A stretch of DNA of 64,000 nucleotides from Catajapyx aquilonaris (GCA_000934665.2 JYFJ02000441.1:62001-126000); one strand, 5' to 3'. Counted from the stretch's first letter, positions 10,720 to 40,248 are shown. Translations and numbers: made by a program. The notes: generated from the sequence alone by a model not told the origin.

Positions 10720-10740
10720 ACTAGGCCGCCATCTTGGAAA
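10720..10740 (-). promoter_or_regulatory. YY1/Pho consensus near the SDR39U1 transcription start
   Basis: ggccgccatcttgg reads CCAAGATGGCGGCC on the minus strand, ~60 bp upstream of the ATG. Confidence 0.55.
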
Positions 10741-10989
10741 GGGCGCATTCGGATCGCTGCACGACACAGCGCAGAAAGGGGAAGGTTCCAATAGCGATTC
10801 GTAATCGCAGTTCTTCAGAATCGCGATTTCAAGAATAGCAGGAAGAAGTAATTCAGTTTATTTTGTACTCTCACAATCAGTGTATGTTATCAGGAGTCTG
10901 GTTCCTACCTGTAGTCACAAATATGGAGGTAAAATAAATTATTCATAAATCATAAGAAATATCATCATCATCATCAACATCACGACATG

Positions 10990-11612
10990 CTTATGTTTAT
11001 TACCATTTATTACCAGATTTGTTATTATTGATATTTATATTTCTTATCATGTCTTGATAAGAAATATAAATATCAATAATTACCAATCCGGTAATAAATG
11101 GTAGCCTAATAAACATAAATAACAAATAATAAATGGCAATAAACATAAGTAACAATAAATGGCTATAAACATAACAATAAATGATAATAAATAATAAATA
11201 AATGGTAATAAACGGTCATAAACAAATAATAAATGGTAAATAATATGAAATGAAATAAAAATAAATATTGATTGATACTTAATAATAATTGAAGCACATA
11301 CATGGTAATAAACGATAAATAAATGGTAATAAACATTATTAAATAAATGCAATAAACATTATTAAATGAATGCAATAAACAATAATAAATAAATGTAATA
11401 AACATAAATAAATAAATTGTAAATGTAATAAACATAAATAAATTGTAAATGTAATAAACATAAATAAATTGTAAATGTAATAAACATAAATAAATTGTAA
11501 ATGTAATAAACATAAATAAATAAATTGTAAATGTAATAAACATAAATAAATAAATTGTAAATAAAATGAAATGAAATAGTATTAATATTGATTGATAATT
11601 AATAAATAATTG
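10990..11612. repeat. AT-rich low-complexity satellite, including a tandem (aaataaattgtaaatgtaataaacat)-like array at ~11385-11560
   Basis: Directly visible periodic A/T-rich repeats. Confidence 0.85.
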
Positions 11613-11729
11613 AAGGACGTACCAACACGTGTTGAGATATACGTCGCTGCTGTGTCAGTTACAAAATAATGCACAAGCACGATCACTGGAAAGCCATCAA
11701 TTAAACAGTATGTAGTAGTCTTTGACCAT

Positions 11730-13322
11730 TTTATTACCCATAGGTTTCTAAGAGAAAATTAAACTCGCTTTACAACGTTGAAGCGAATGAACAACTCACT
11801 TGGAAAATTCTTCAACGCTTTGTGTTTCATTTTTTTTTTTCTTAAGAAATATTTTCTCATTAAAACCTCTTTTTTTCTTCTTTCGCTGTACAGTCCTTGG
11901 GGGGCGGGAGTTGGGATAAGGGTGTTGTTTTTTTAAATTTTTTAATTATTATTATTATTATTATATTTTGTCGGGTGGGCTATTTGGGCGGGGGAGGGTT
12001 GGGGCGAGTGAGCAAATTTAGAGCTGTTAAGTCTTTTCTCCACATACTCACATATGCACACGTACTCATACACACACTCACAAACAAATTTCCACAGTAA
12101 ACCAAGCAACTCATTGAAAAGAATAAATCTTGAGTCTCAATAAGCACTTAAGTACAGTTCACATTACACTTAGTTATTATTATTACCTTATTTATTTTTT
12201 TTGTCATTAAAAGTCCCAGGCCGCCTTTTTTGATTTGGGCAAAAAACATATACAATACTCAAAAAAAAATGGGGAGGTCAAACCCAATGCGGCATAAAAA
12301 GTCATTATTATTATTTTAACCTTTTACCTATATAAAACGCCCCATTTTTTATGACAACCATTTTCTGTATGGAGGGAATACATGTGAAAAATACAGTCAT
12401 ATGACTAGACATTATTTTTTTTTTCATTATCATTTTGAAATTGTTATTAAACATTTTTCGCTGCCATAAAGTGTCAACTCAAGAAGGGGCCAAGAAAATT
12501 AAGTTCCTTCCTCTTCTTTTTTTCCCCCCCCCCGTAAATACATTTGCCTGACAATAATTAAAAATCACAACTTTTATTTTCATCTCATTAAGACTAACTC
12601 CTAAATATTTTTTTTAGCTAATTTGCTTTTTCCTATTCATGCTGCAGTGCGCGTACAAAGTGTATTGCGTGTTTCCCGTTCAGTGCGTATAACATATGTA
12701 CACTCACCTCTACAAAAAATCTGACTTAATTTTTTTTTATAAGTACAATTGGCTAACAAAAGCGATTCACGTTGAACGAAAATGGAAAAAAAAAATCGCT
12801 CTTTCTCGCCTCATATAATATATTTGGCAGCACTTCATTTAAAGTTTTCAATTATAAGTATCATAATGCATACTTTTTTTTTCTCCACATGTGTACATGG
12901 ACACTTGTACCGAGGCTCTATGTTTTGGAATGCTTACTTTATATAATATTATGTATATATACTGCTGGATCACTCACTTTTTCCGCTGCGGAAAAGAAAG
13001 TCACTTTGGTCATTGTTTGGGCAATTACTGTTGACTGCGGTCAAACTGACCTCAATACAAATTAACCCACCCCTTTTGTTTTAAAATGTACATGTGGCCA
13101 GGCTGTGAGATCTTATCCTATGCAAATTTAAGCATTATCTTACACACAAGTTGGAATGTCAGGTTGGCCGTTTCTTTAAGGGTTACGTGACTTGATCCCT
13201 CACTTTCCAATGAAACGGAATGATTGGGACGAGTTTTGTTACATGTGTCACGAAGCATTTGCCCAGCAGATGGCAAGCGCATGAATGAAGAAGAGGGACT
13301 GCGCCTCCTCCGTCTGCATCGA
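11730..13322 (-). other. Probable ~1.6-kb A/U-rich 3' UTR of neurobeachin, with AATAAA at 11735-11730
   Basis: Follows the TGA at 13323. It is non-coding, with homopolymer runs and a Pumilio-type TGTACATA at 12702-12695. The end point is inferred only from the poly(A) hexamer. Confidence 0.5.
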
Positions 13323-28356
<15,034 letters not shown>

Positions 28357-31300
28357 CTGAAAGTGGACAACAAAAATTTATTCGCTAACTTTTTAAGTAC
28401 CTCCTGATGTCATTTTTCTAAATGACTGCCATAAACTATAATGGTCTGTTCGTGAAAAACGGGGCACTTTCCCGATTCGATTGGGTTCCGGCCCCTGCTG
28501 CTATGGCATGAAATATGGGTGGAGTGGTCAGTGTGAGAACAGTCTCAGCTTGCTTTCCATTATTCTCGGACTGTCTAGAATACAACGCAGGTGGTCAGGA
28601 GATGAGATCGGAAATGGTTGTGTTACCTATTTTTTTGAAAGAGTGGTTATCTACACCATGCAGCCTATTTCTCACGGCAGCTTGTTCCACCTGAATCGGA
28701 TTCGTCACGCATTGAACAGCTCTTTTCACACTCTTCCAATGAGACATTTTGATTGCTTGTACCTTATACGATTTTAAAATGTTTTCGCCTCCTTGTTGGA
28801 AGCTGATTGAACAGTCACATCTCCTGTTATATAGGTCCAGAGGAGTCATTCCCGAGAAAAGAGCATGTGTGTGCTCGTCAAAGCGAGACTCCCTGGCCGC
28901 ATTGGGACCATTCCCTCCGTGGTCCGACAGCCCCTCCTTTGTTCTCGCCCGCTGGTTAAAAACCAATCGGATTATTTACACTCATCGGCCAGGACTTGTT
29001 GAATGAAAACAAGCAGTAATGGACGTGTGCCAATTTGATTTGCAATCCTAGGGGGATCCCCCGGATTGCAAATGCGGGTCAAAATGGGTGCCCTCTCCTA
29101 TGCATAGCCCCCCCCCCCCCTCCCCCAAAAACACTGGTGCCAATTTGATGTGCTCGTACCCCGCCCTCCCTATGCCTTATTCATCACTTTGGACATGCAG
29201 CGTTGCGCCGTGTGCCCATTTGCGATGTGATTGAGTGCCGACATCCTACGCTATATCCGGGCCTGGCTTCCCCCAAAATTATTTAGTGCGAAACTCCTAG
29301 GCGCAGGTCCTGCAAAACCCAGGTCGCCAAAGGGCAGACGCGAGTGGGTGGAGCTTTTGCACACACACACAAAAAAAGAGCTACCATGGGTATTGATTCG
29401 CGCAGCAGCAAAGAGTAGTTTCAGCAGCCATCTTGGTGCACACACATAAACAATTGTCGCCATCTTGGTTTAACTGCTGGTTGCTGCTGGGAGGGGGTGG
29501 AAAATCGCGAGTTTACTGGCAATAACCATCCTGGAAAACTCATCATGGAAGCGCAGTGCGGACCCCCAGAATGGCGCCAAATTAAACTTCCATCGGACTA
29601 ATGGGGCTGCCCCCTTTTCCTCTGATGGCCTCTTCACGGCCCAGCAGCAACCCCTCCTCCACTCTCACCCCCATGGCCAATTTTTACCAAAAAAGGGGAT
29701 GGTTGGGAGGGAAAGGCAGCAGATCCCCAGAGGCGCAACGAGGTGTAATGAAATTGCTCGTCGGAAGTAATCCGATCCCCCTTTTCCAACCCTCATTACG
29801 GCGGTGCCCCGTCAGATTTTAGCCCCTCCAACAGCACGGATTAAGACCTCCGTATTTGCACAATGGCCCGGAGTGTCCACTCGACTTTTGCCAGAAATGG
29901 CCCTCCGTTGACGAAAAGACAACAGGAAGAAAATATAGGAAGCTATAGGCCTAGTAGTCCCTCTACCATTTTGTGGAAACAGTCATCAAAATGGCCGCCT
30001 GTCCCTAAAATGCATTATTTCCATTACCGGTAGGGTAAAATATCTGCTCGAAATTAATTACAAATACAGAACAAGCCTATATACAATTGAGGCGTTAACA
30101 TGGGAAAGGGCGTAAGTCACCAAATTATTATTTTAAAAAATGGGATATGCAAATAAAAACAGTTTGAGCAGATTTTATTATACAGAAGCTTTCTTATTGT
30201 TGCATTTTGTTATAAATAGTCATAAAAAGTCTAAGAAAATCAGTTGCACATTTAAATGTAGGCTACCGGTACCTTTTCTTTCTTTCTTTTTGAGGCACAT
30301 TTTTCTTTCTGACTTATACGCCCTTTACCATGTCAACGCCTCAATTTAAAAGAGGGTAAGAAGACGCAACATCATGTCAAGATTCTGTTGCTTCCAATGG
30401 CCAACTTCTTTTTAACCTGGTGGCTTGGATATACGCAGTTGACAAACACTTTAGCTCCTATAAAAGGCGATTTACGTTAAAATGTGTGCAGAAATGTATA
30501 GCTGATCGGTTGATGTCTTCCGTTTCCACCTAATGCTTCAGTAAAGTCGTCCCAAGCATGAATAATTCAGCCCAATGTTGCCTGTCTTCTACAGAATCAT
30601 CTAATACATGCAGCGATATATTTGAGGCAGCAACAAAAGCCCTTTCCCCGGAGTTTCCCTCCGCCATGAGCAGGGCCATGGTTCAAGCCAATGGCACTAC
30701 AATTAGATTACACTCTGGATGATTGAATTAACTTCTGTTTCTCCGCGCTGTAACGCTGATCCATAAATAAAATTAGTGTCAGGGGGAGGAGGAAACTTGG
30801 GGGGAGATTGTTCCAGGGGAGGAGAAGACGGTGCTGGTGCATCTCTGGCTATATATGGCGTCACAAAACTTGAACCTTTACCAGGCCGACTTGACCTTCT
30901 TATCTGCTTTCCATACGAGCTATCGGAAGGCTTAAAAGAGGCCAAAAGTGTGTGTGTTGGATGCGACTGGGGGAGAAAGAAGTGTTGTGAGGGGGGCTTC
31001 CACCAAACGAAGCACTTCTTTTATGAGAAGAGGTCCGTCAGCTGTGATGTGTCGGCGGTGTCAGGTTTGCCGAAGAGGCACTCAGCAGCAGGCACTTGGT
31101 CCATCAGCGGAGAAGAGCATTAGCTGGAGTGCCGGATTGGAAGGGGAGGGGGCTGCAGCAACCGCCTTTTCAACACTTCTTTGCCTCCTATACAGTTACA
31201 CCGACGAAGACACAACAATACTGTATCCCCTATACATAGCCAAATGGGCACTGCTGGGACCGATATCTTACAGTCTCGAAACAAGTGGAAACTCAAAGGT

Positions 31301-34300
31301 CAAGGGAGAACAAATACAGCAAGAAAGCATCTCATTAAATGCAAAGAGTTGTATGCGCACAACGTAAGTTATACACAGGTATTATAAATTCGCCAATGTT
31401 ACTGTAAGTGCTGGAATTGTGGATGTAAACTATTCTGATTTATGTGTCTGATGATGTAAACTTGTTGCAGACCATCAAAAAATTCAACAACACGCAGTAC
31501 AGAACGTATATCAGATTTATTTATTTGCTTACAGCGCACGAGAAAACTACTAAAAACCAGTACGTACGAGTTAAACACTTGGGCTTGTAACTGTATAGAC
31601 TACTGTTGCCGTGTCAATAAAAATACTTAAACAATTTCCCAACTAATGTTTCAGTACAGCCTACATCGCATAGAATTGTATAAGGTAATAAAGAACGCGA
31701 TGAATCGCCATTTTCGCGTTTAGCATGTTTACTAAACTTGTCACCGATATGCTGATAAATTAAAATTTAATTTTTCATATACCTTCATAACATCATAAGT
31801 TAACTGCCAATTCACTACAGCATACTGGTCAAAGACGTCAAGCGACTATATACTAGCAGAATTTACACGAGATTATATACAGCGAGAGGTGGTGAATAAG
31901 CCGTTCGTTTCCGCTCCCAAAAATGTGAATATGGAACAATGACTAAACTGACAATAATATTATCAATCATGCACACGATACCAAGAAATTGGCCATTTTT
32001 CTGGGTTTAATAGCACTCTCCCAGACGTAACTACTACTGTGAATTCGTACAGTATACTAGGATGCAGCGACCGAGTGATGCTTGCTCATAAAGTGATCCT
32101 CTCGACCTAAGTTTGTCGGTATCTTTCTGAAACACCGTGTATTTTTGCCATTTTGGCAAACACTGGATGCCCGTCACTACAACCCCATGTTTCCCATTAC
32201 TTAAGATTAGGACCCCGGGCCATATAATACGGGGCAAGGGGGAGCGGGGGCACCGGGCAAATCCAGCAAGAGTGCGGAGCCAGAGATTAGGCGCGGCTCC
32301 TTTTATACTTTTAGAAACACTCCTGGCCACAATGAAGTGTGACACTCCATTTGGTGCTGCTCCGGCAATACAGGGAAAGAAAAAAAAAGAAGCAAAAGGG
32401 AGGGCACCTCAGGCTTTTCGGCAGCCAAATGAGCCCAGGCAGAGAAAAGACCGAGGAGGCAGCAGGCAGCTGCCAGAAAAGCCTTTGGATGCAGGCCTAA
32501 TCCCTCGACTTAGAAAGACCGTACTCGGTACAAATCGACGGGGGCCGGCCATCTTGGAAAGTTCCAAAAATTTTGGCTCCCCAGCAGCACACAGACAATC
32601 CTCCACGCCCAAATATTGATCTCGCGGATCTGAATCCCCGGGAACGCAGCAAACCCTGGCTGGATACGATGCAAAGGTTCAGCAGCTGGCTTTACAACAT
32701 GTCACCTACATGAAACCCCCCCTTTTGTTTTGGACGACATGAAGGTCTACTCTGACGTGTATTTGACGTACAGGAAACAGTGTTTCCTGGTCTTGTGTAT
32801 ACGTTACTCTTCAGAAGGCAGGCAGCATGAATTGCGGCAGTCAAATTATTCAGAACAGCTTGACATATTCAACATGTACAGGGTGCTTGCCAAAAAGAGT
32901 TACGAGCTAGCTGCACCTAACATGATATATTGATTGAAAATCACGAGTCACATTTCCGAACCAAGATGGCCCATAATGGTCACTAACTCTGGCATATATG
33001 CACGTGCACAAAACTGCTTTATACAGCCCTTAAATCACTCCCCAAACGTGCACCGAGGATGAATAAAAATCTGCCTGGGATTTATGACTAAAAGTCCCTG
33101 CATTTCCCGAGTCACCTGCTGGACCCTATATCTGAGGTCGTGACCTCTCATGTCTCCGGGTGGGAGGCATTTACTTTTACTGGCATGTCTTACCACTAGA
33201 AAGGCTCCCTTTTTTTTGCTTTTAAAAAAATCTGGAGTGTCCCCCCTCTCTTCGCTTTCTTTTTGATATACAACCGAATCCTTGGGTTCGACCGACCCTT
33301 TCGTCACTGTCCTACTCGATGGCCCTTTTGTCTCCTTATCTGGGACTCATCATGAAGCGCCAATTGCACCGTAAATTCAAGAAAAGGAGGGGGGACACGA
33401 TAGCATCGGTGGTATTCAAACTTGGTACACCCCGACCCTTTCCTCTCTTGTCCGACAAGCCGGGTACAACTTCCACTCCATCTCAACCCCCAGCACATGG
33501 CATCCTCCTCATAAAAAAAAAAATATATATCGGATGATGAAATTATCCGGAGCAATTAACCTGGTCTGTTAAGTAGCCCGTGTCCTTACGACATTCGGAA
33601 AATACCTGTCGAATTGGCTCGACTTGATTCCAGGTCGAGATACGTCACGTTAAACCTCTTGGACGTTATTTACGTCATCGGCGATCGGAGAAGCTCGTCA
33701 AGATCAAAAATGGGGTTCTCTTAAGTCTCTGTTAAAAATCAACTATCCCTTTTCCGATGTTTCGAGTCCCGGCATAAATCTTGCATGTCCGGAGACAACT
33801 ATCTTGGTTGGAACTCAGAGTGATATTTATTATTACTCCGGCCGGAATGAGATAGGCCGTTTCGTTAATTAAGTTGTGAATTATCACTCAACAAAGCAAA
33901 ATTTACGGTAATTGGGTTTGGTCATACACCCCCCAGTTTGCTTTTGGGAGAGTATTTAACGGCCCTATGCCATAACCATGTCTTTTCTCACCATTAAAAT
34001 TCTTTTTCCCCTCTCTGGTAGTTTAGGTCGAAGAAAAAAAATCAACCGACGCCCCCAAAAAAAGGACTATAAGATCTCCGTGCCTAAAACAATAGAAGGT
34101 GAGGGTTTATCAAGTTGATCAGCGTGCCTTCCCAGCACTCTGTCAACGTGGATTCTTCTCCTGGTTCCGAGGCCCATAAATGGTCAACTGTCGTCAGGAC
34201 TGTCAGGTGGTGGTGACCCCCCGTGGATTTTGGGGCCCCATCGGCGACAACAACCGCTTTCGTTTGGGCGGAGGTTCCAGAAAATCGGGGTTGGCCTCGA

Positions 34301-36289
34301 AACAGGTCCAAGTCGGGCTCAAGTTGCGTAAAATTTCTGTCCCAGACAAAGAAAAAAAAAATTAAGAAAGAAGAGAAGGTATGCTTGTTCACGCCAAGAC
34401 GCTTCGTAATCTCCGTCTCCATTCATCAAAACCACTGCAAGGTGAATGGTACAGTGCTGGACATAAATAGTGTCGTACTAGTGGCGCCACAAGTCGTTGG
34501 CGGTAAAAGAGCGAATCGAAATGTTCCCTCCGTATATGACCACATTGCTTTTGATTCGCTCTTATTGGCGCCCCTTAGCACATCATTAATTCCCAGCAGT
34601 GTACAAAATGGCCGGAAAAATCGAGCATTAGATAGTCCAAATGCAATTTTCGTAACACCCTGTGCATTAGCTGCCGGGCAACCGCTCCCGTTGCCAGGAC
34701 AACTCCCCTGCCAAACTGCACAGAAGCAGAGAGGAAACACGGTTACAAGGCTTGCAAGAAAGTATACACATGTGGAACTGGGAGAGAAAACGCACTTTAG
34801 GAGAGGGAAGATGACAAAACGGCGGCATCCTTGCAGCCATAAATCTCCGGGAAGCAACACGATCCTCACGTAGCTCTTTTCCAAATGCACCAGCTTCAAG
34901 GGGCTGGCTCATGGATACCATTTGTGTAAAAAGCTCTCTCCAAATGACATGAGTCTGGACTGGATCAGCTTTGAGAGGCGGCCTGTCTCCTTCCTTCCGA
35001 CATTTGCTTCCGGAAGAAAAGTACTCTAGAGAGAGAGAAGTGTATAGGGGAGGGGGATAGATAGATGGATGGGTGGCGGCAGACCAACCCAGCCCCAAAT
35101 GAGTTACTAATCCGTTTTCAGTAACCCTCCCCAGAAGAGCAAACAGCCGGCGGGCAACCAGCCAGGGCTCTACACACTGATCCGGAAAGCAAACATGTAG
35201 GGAAACTGAGATAGGGCCGAAACATGCACGGAATGCAATAGGCCAGATTTTCTAGAGTCAGATGAGGGTTGGATGTTGGGTTAAAAAAAAGGGGGGGGGG
35301 GGCATCATGAAATGTTTACACAATGGGAATCAAATATGGATCAAATGTTCACATCCTGACGTGTAATGTTGGCAACGTGCAATTTTTTTTAAACATCCTG
35401 CAATGAGCATTAATTCCGGTACGTCGTTTTCCCATGGCAACAACAAAAGGAGAAGTCTGATGTCAGCTGTCCTGGTTCCGTAACATCAATCCTCGCACAA
35501 TAGAATCGATGTCTCCACGATAATGCACAATGTCTGTCAGTCAAGTTTGAATCTGGAACATCACCACTGTTGTGACTAATCCTGTCATCTCTCCCCATCC
35601 CCAGCATCAGCCTACATCCTCTTATACTTTCGGAATAATGACTCCTCATGTTACCAATCCCGCTTCAGATTTCGCTTCCCCAAAAATGGCGTGCAAATGC
35701 AAGCCTGCTTGGGCCAATGGAGATAATAAGAGTTATCATCACCCACGCTATTTGGACTGATGGGCAGTTATCATGGGAGCACGTAGCCGCTTTCAATCGC
35801 GGGGCTTAAAAATACGTGATGCCATTCATCATGTCAGCTCTAACTAATGATTCCTGCCCAAGCTACATCACACAGTCATTCTCTATACCGCTAAGACACA
35901 CTGGATATTATCGAACCCCTGGAAATGCACGATTGGCGTGGCGATCGCTCGTGATAGGCATCGGAAAAGGACGATCCATCAACATCGCGGTTATTTATTC
36001 ATTTTGCTGCTCGCTCGATGGTGCTGCTGTTAGCTGCTGCAACGCGGCCTCGCCGTTGTTGTAATTCCGTGGGCTCTGCGCAATTCCAATAATGCCTCAT
36101 TAGCCACCTCGCACTAATGAAGCGAACGCCCCCTTGTCTATATATAATAAGGGGGGAAAAAAGAGAGCCACACATGATGATGATTGGGCAAGGCGAAAAC
36201 GAAATTTGACTAGAAAACACACTTTCAATTTAGTGGATGCTGCAAAAAAGAATCTCGTTGTTATACAAGGAAATTGCCGGTCGAAACAG

Positions 36290-36712
36290 TACGATTTTGC
36301 CGAGTTTCATTTCGCCGATTTTGTGTGCTTTCACTGTTAAACGTCCATGTTTGATGAACAGCTGTTCGCTAATGATGCAAAGCTGCAGATTAAAATGCTT
36401 CAGTTTGCAGGCCTGTCTGCTGCTCTCAACAACAAAAACAAAAAAACAAAAAAACAAAAAAATCAGTACAATGTGTAAACATTCGCATTTATAATAGCTC
36501 ATATATGCTGCTTATTGAGTGCTAATGCCAACTTATTCGCTCAGTCCTGAAATTTCCCCCCAATATGAGCAAAATACGAGTATTTAGCCGATAAAATACA
36601 CTCATTCCATGAGTTGAGCTTTTTAGCATATCGAAAGTGTCATTTCAAGTGAGAACTTGCAAAAGCGTCATTGTTAGGCTCTGTTCGGCGAGACGCAACT
36701 CGGCGAAACGGT
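36290..36712. mobile_element. Degenerate inverted-repeat (MITE-like) relic
   Basis: gccgagtttcatttcgccga (36299-36318) matches the reverse complement of tcggcgagacgcaactcggc (36685-36704) at 17/20 positions. The interior is AT-rich and no TSD was identified. Confidence 0.45.
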
Positions 36713-39700
36713 CATGCAGTGAACGGGGGGTACACTGAGTGCAGCTGCGACCAAAAAAAAACCCCACCCCCTTAATATTTCGGAGTGGTTAAGGAACCCG
36801 CCTCGACAAATAGGCGAACGCGCCGAATAAACCAAACCCCTCCGGTTCCTCTTTTTCAAACCCCCTTCAGGCCAAGTCTTAGCTTACAAAGGCACCGATG
36901 AAAGAGACCGCCTTGGATATACAACCCGCAATCAGTAATTTTGACCTACCTACCTATGATTAGTGAACACACCGATTCACTTTTTTTCCCCTCCCCCCTC
37001 CTTCTCTGTATCGGATGTATATCTCGGGTGTCTGTCACTTAATTCTTGGGTATATCGAAGCCACCGGAATGCCACCCGGTGCCCCAGCTTTGATCTCTGA
37101 TTGGCTCATCACTTTTCAATGGCCGGACGATATTTGCAAGACCACATTCCTGGCAGTGGCATCCAATAACTCCGGACCCGAATTCTGACCTAAAGGCGGC
37201 GGCATGTGTGACACAAGACGCGATACCCAGGCCCTCCTTCCTATACACAATGAGGGTCAATAGAGACGCGTCTCAAGTGGTCGCTCGGTGTCGTGAACAG
37301 GGTCAAAAGAAAAACGGGGCCAATATACTACGCCCTCTGATCCTATGCTAACTCAAGGTGGGGGTCTCACCCTCCTGTACCCGCGGACTGTAGAGAGGGG
37401 GGGGGGGGGGTTGTAGCATAAAAATGGCAACATACAAAAAAAAGAGGAGCTGGGAAAAGAGCGAACAAAAGACCGGGTCTTTGCAAATGGACTCGTCCGT
37501 TTCAGGTTGGGGCTTTCTGTCTCGTCCGATGCTGCAACAGTTCATCAAGCACGGGCCATCTGCTGGTATGGCACACCGTGGTTATACTGGCAGGGTTGAG
37601 AAGCACCAGGCAAGAGCAACCCATCAATGTCGAGTGGTTTTCGAATCAATCACTCAAACTTATTGACAAATAATATCTATCATTATACTGGATGATTTTC
37701 ACTCAAACCTATAGATATTGACTGGCTCTATATAAATCAATCAAATTCTTCAAGTAGCTTTGTCTTTCATATGATCATATTTTTAAATCCATTCAACGGA
37801 AAACAACTCCAGTTGAGTTTTTCAGTAAATCCAAAGATGCAGCACTCAAAAGCAGCATTTGGAGTCATTTCAGGCGATGCGATGGGGGAAAGGATGAAAA
37901 CCATGCACCCAAAATAATTTACAGAGTTGTATACACATGAAAAACTGAGTTTATATCTCCTTGGGACACGCGGTCACGTTAGTTTTTAATAGGCCTGCTT
38001 CACGACTAAAGGATAGCGCTTGCAGACTTTATGCACTTTTGAAAATTTATTTCTATATGGCTGTGCATTATTGTCACGAGAGAATGACTGTGATGCAATG
38101 AGCTTCACAAGCTCACATAATAGTGCAACACTTGACTAATTCCGGGAATAAGATATACAGGCACATAAATATATGTACGTTATATGTAGGCCTATACTGT
38201 ACGTTACATAAAAGGACAAAGAGCGACACGTAACATATAGTAATAGCCGCAGTCTATACGCAACAGTTGCTTAATGTATAGGATTCAGAATGTCAAAAGC
38301 CCATATGCCTTTGCAATTACTCGGGACGCATTTATGAATAAGGATGTACTGTGTTGAAATGAGCAGCACATGACTCGGTGCATTATACAAGGTGTTTACA
38401 GAGTGCTGATAAACTTGTTTCCTTTGTGGCAGTAATTTAAATTACATATTTACAAACATGAGATGTGTGCAGATGTGAATCTCATTCACGTCTCATTGTG
38501 TTAGCATCGCTGCATAACTTCAGTTTCATCCACATCAGAAAATTAAAATGTGTTTCTATATTACCCGACACGAAAATGCCGCTATATACGCATTTACTTT
38601 CGCATGTAAAACTGACATAACGTTCATATGAACGTATATAAATATTTGGGCATCGACCAGCATTAAAACTGAAACAGTGACGGCTGCTGCTGGTTTATAT
38701 TATAGTAGACTATTAATTACATTGTAACGCAGCAAAATCTCCACAATTCTGTAAACTAACATAACTTTTACGTAAGATTATAATGCATTACCATTACATA
38801 TACAGTATAGAAGTAAGAAAAAAAAATCATTGAATCCCATTATTGTGATGTATGCTGCATCATATCATGAGCTGCCTGTAAAAAAAACCCTGCTTTAGGC
38901 CGTGCAAAAAACATGCAAAAACAAGACATTGTATAGGTGCTATAATATACAGCAGCAGCACCCTTATAATCTTCATGACAAACCCTCTGAACTGCGTCGT
39001 TGTCAGCACCACGTGCCATTTTTAAGTTACAGCTAGAACATGCGAAGCTCCTCACAGGTTATCTTAACGGCCTAGTGAAACTCGGGGAGTAACAATCCGG
39101 CAGAAATGCGGGACTGTGAATAATAATAAGCAGCAGGGAGCTCGCCTAGTCGGTTCTTATCGAAAAATAGCATCACGAGCTTCCAGGCAGCAAATAAAAG
39201 TGTACGCAATATATATACGATACACGGTCGGACTTATGCACTGAATGTCGCAAAAAGCATTTCTGATAGGGTCCTGACTATACAAGAATGCCGTCGAGTA
39301 GCTTTACGTGAGGTGTTTTTGGGAGCTGGGATGACCGGATCTTCCACCAAATCTCCCAGGCAGCTAAGGCCCTAGCCATCAATAAACACGCCTTGTTACA
39401 TGCTGTTTTTACATGAACTCTCTCACGTGTCTGGGTTTAGGAAAACTATTTTTCCAGGGCTTCGGGAGGTGAAAATCCATGCTCTAATTACACCCCGAGC
39501 TGTATATCAACTTTTTGGACGTAAAGGTGCATTAAAAATCGTTTTATTTCGGGGTCCCTGCGAAGAAATCTGGTCGTAAACTCAGGGTGGTAAAGTGTCA
39601 TGCGCTTGATAAATGGGGTGTTGCAAAAGGTGCCTTATAAGGGACACGGCATATAATATAGGTCCGCCATTTGAGACCAATACGCAACTGAACTTAACCT

Positions 39701-40204
39701 AATTAAATCAAAATTACTGTTTATCACGGCACAAATGCACATGAAGCGTGACGTTTGTTAATACAGCAAGTGCCTGCTTCGTGATTTGTTATTTAAGTTA
39801 GTGGCCTTCATCGAGCATCAAATGATATCTATATATCAAATTCTAACTAAATAATTCTTAGAGAATAACTTACGTTCAATATATTCACCCTTTTTGAATA
39901 CAAATTATTATTCTGACTAAAATTTCGGCGCAGTTTTCCGTCAACGCGAGTAAAATGTTCAACCAATAACAATTATGTTCAGAGTGATGGGACATTTAAA
40001 ATCCAGACGACACGAGCCCCCCACCACCATGTGCAGTCACCACCTTCCATGAATAAATCTCTTTAAAAATGGGTGTGAAACAGAAAACAATACGTGGAAA
40101 GGAAATCCCCCCCCCCCCNCCCCCCCCCCTCCTTGATGATAGCCCTGAACACGAAGGGGTGCAAGGTATTACAGCAGATGCTTGCATTTTGATTAGATTT
40201 TTTC

Positions 40205-40205
<1 letters not shown>

Positions 40206-40248
<43 letters not shown>
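40206..40248. repeat. (TC)n microsatellite
   Basis: Directly visible. Confidence 0.95.

Noticed and set aside
11080..11543. Hydrophobic ORFs resembling membrane proteins
   Set aside because: They are translations of an AT-rich simple repeat.
34084..35098. Overlapping ORFs up to 216 aa (34223-34873) as a second nested gene
   Set aside because: No domain-like sequence, homopolymer-derived Lys runs, ORFs open on both strands without evident codon bias, and a non-ATG start.
40107..40129. Long poly-C run containing an N (40119) as a functional G-quadruplex element
   Set aside because: There is an ambiguous base call in a homopolymer, so its length is unreliable, and similar runs are common across the window.
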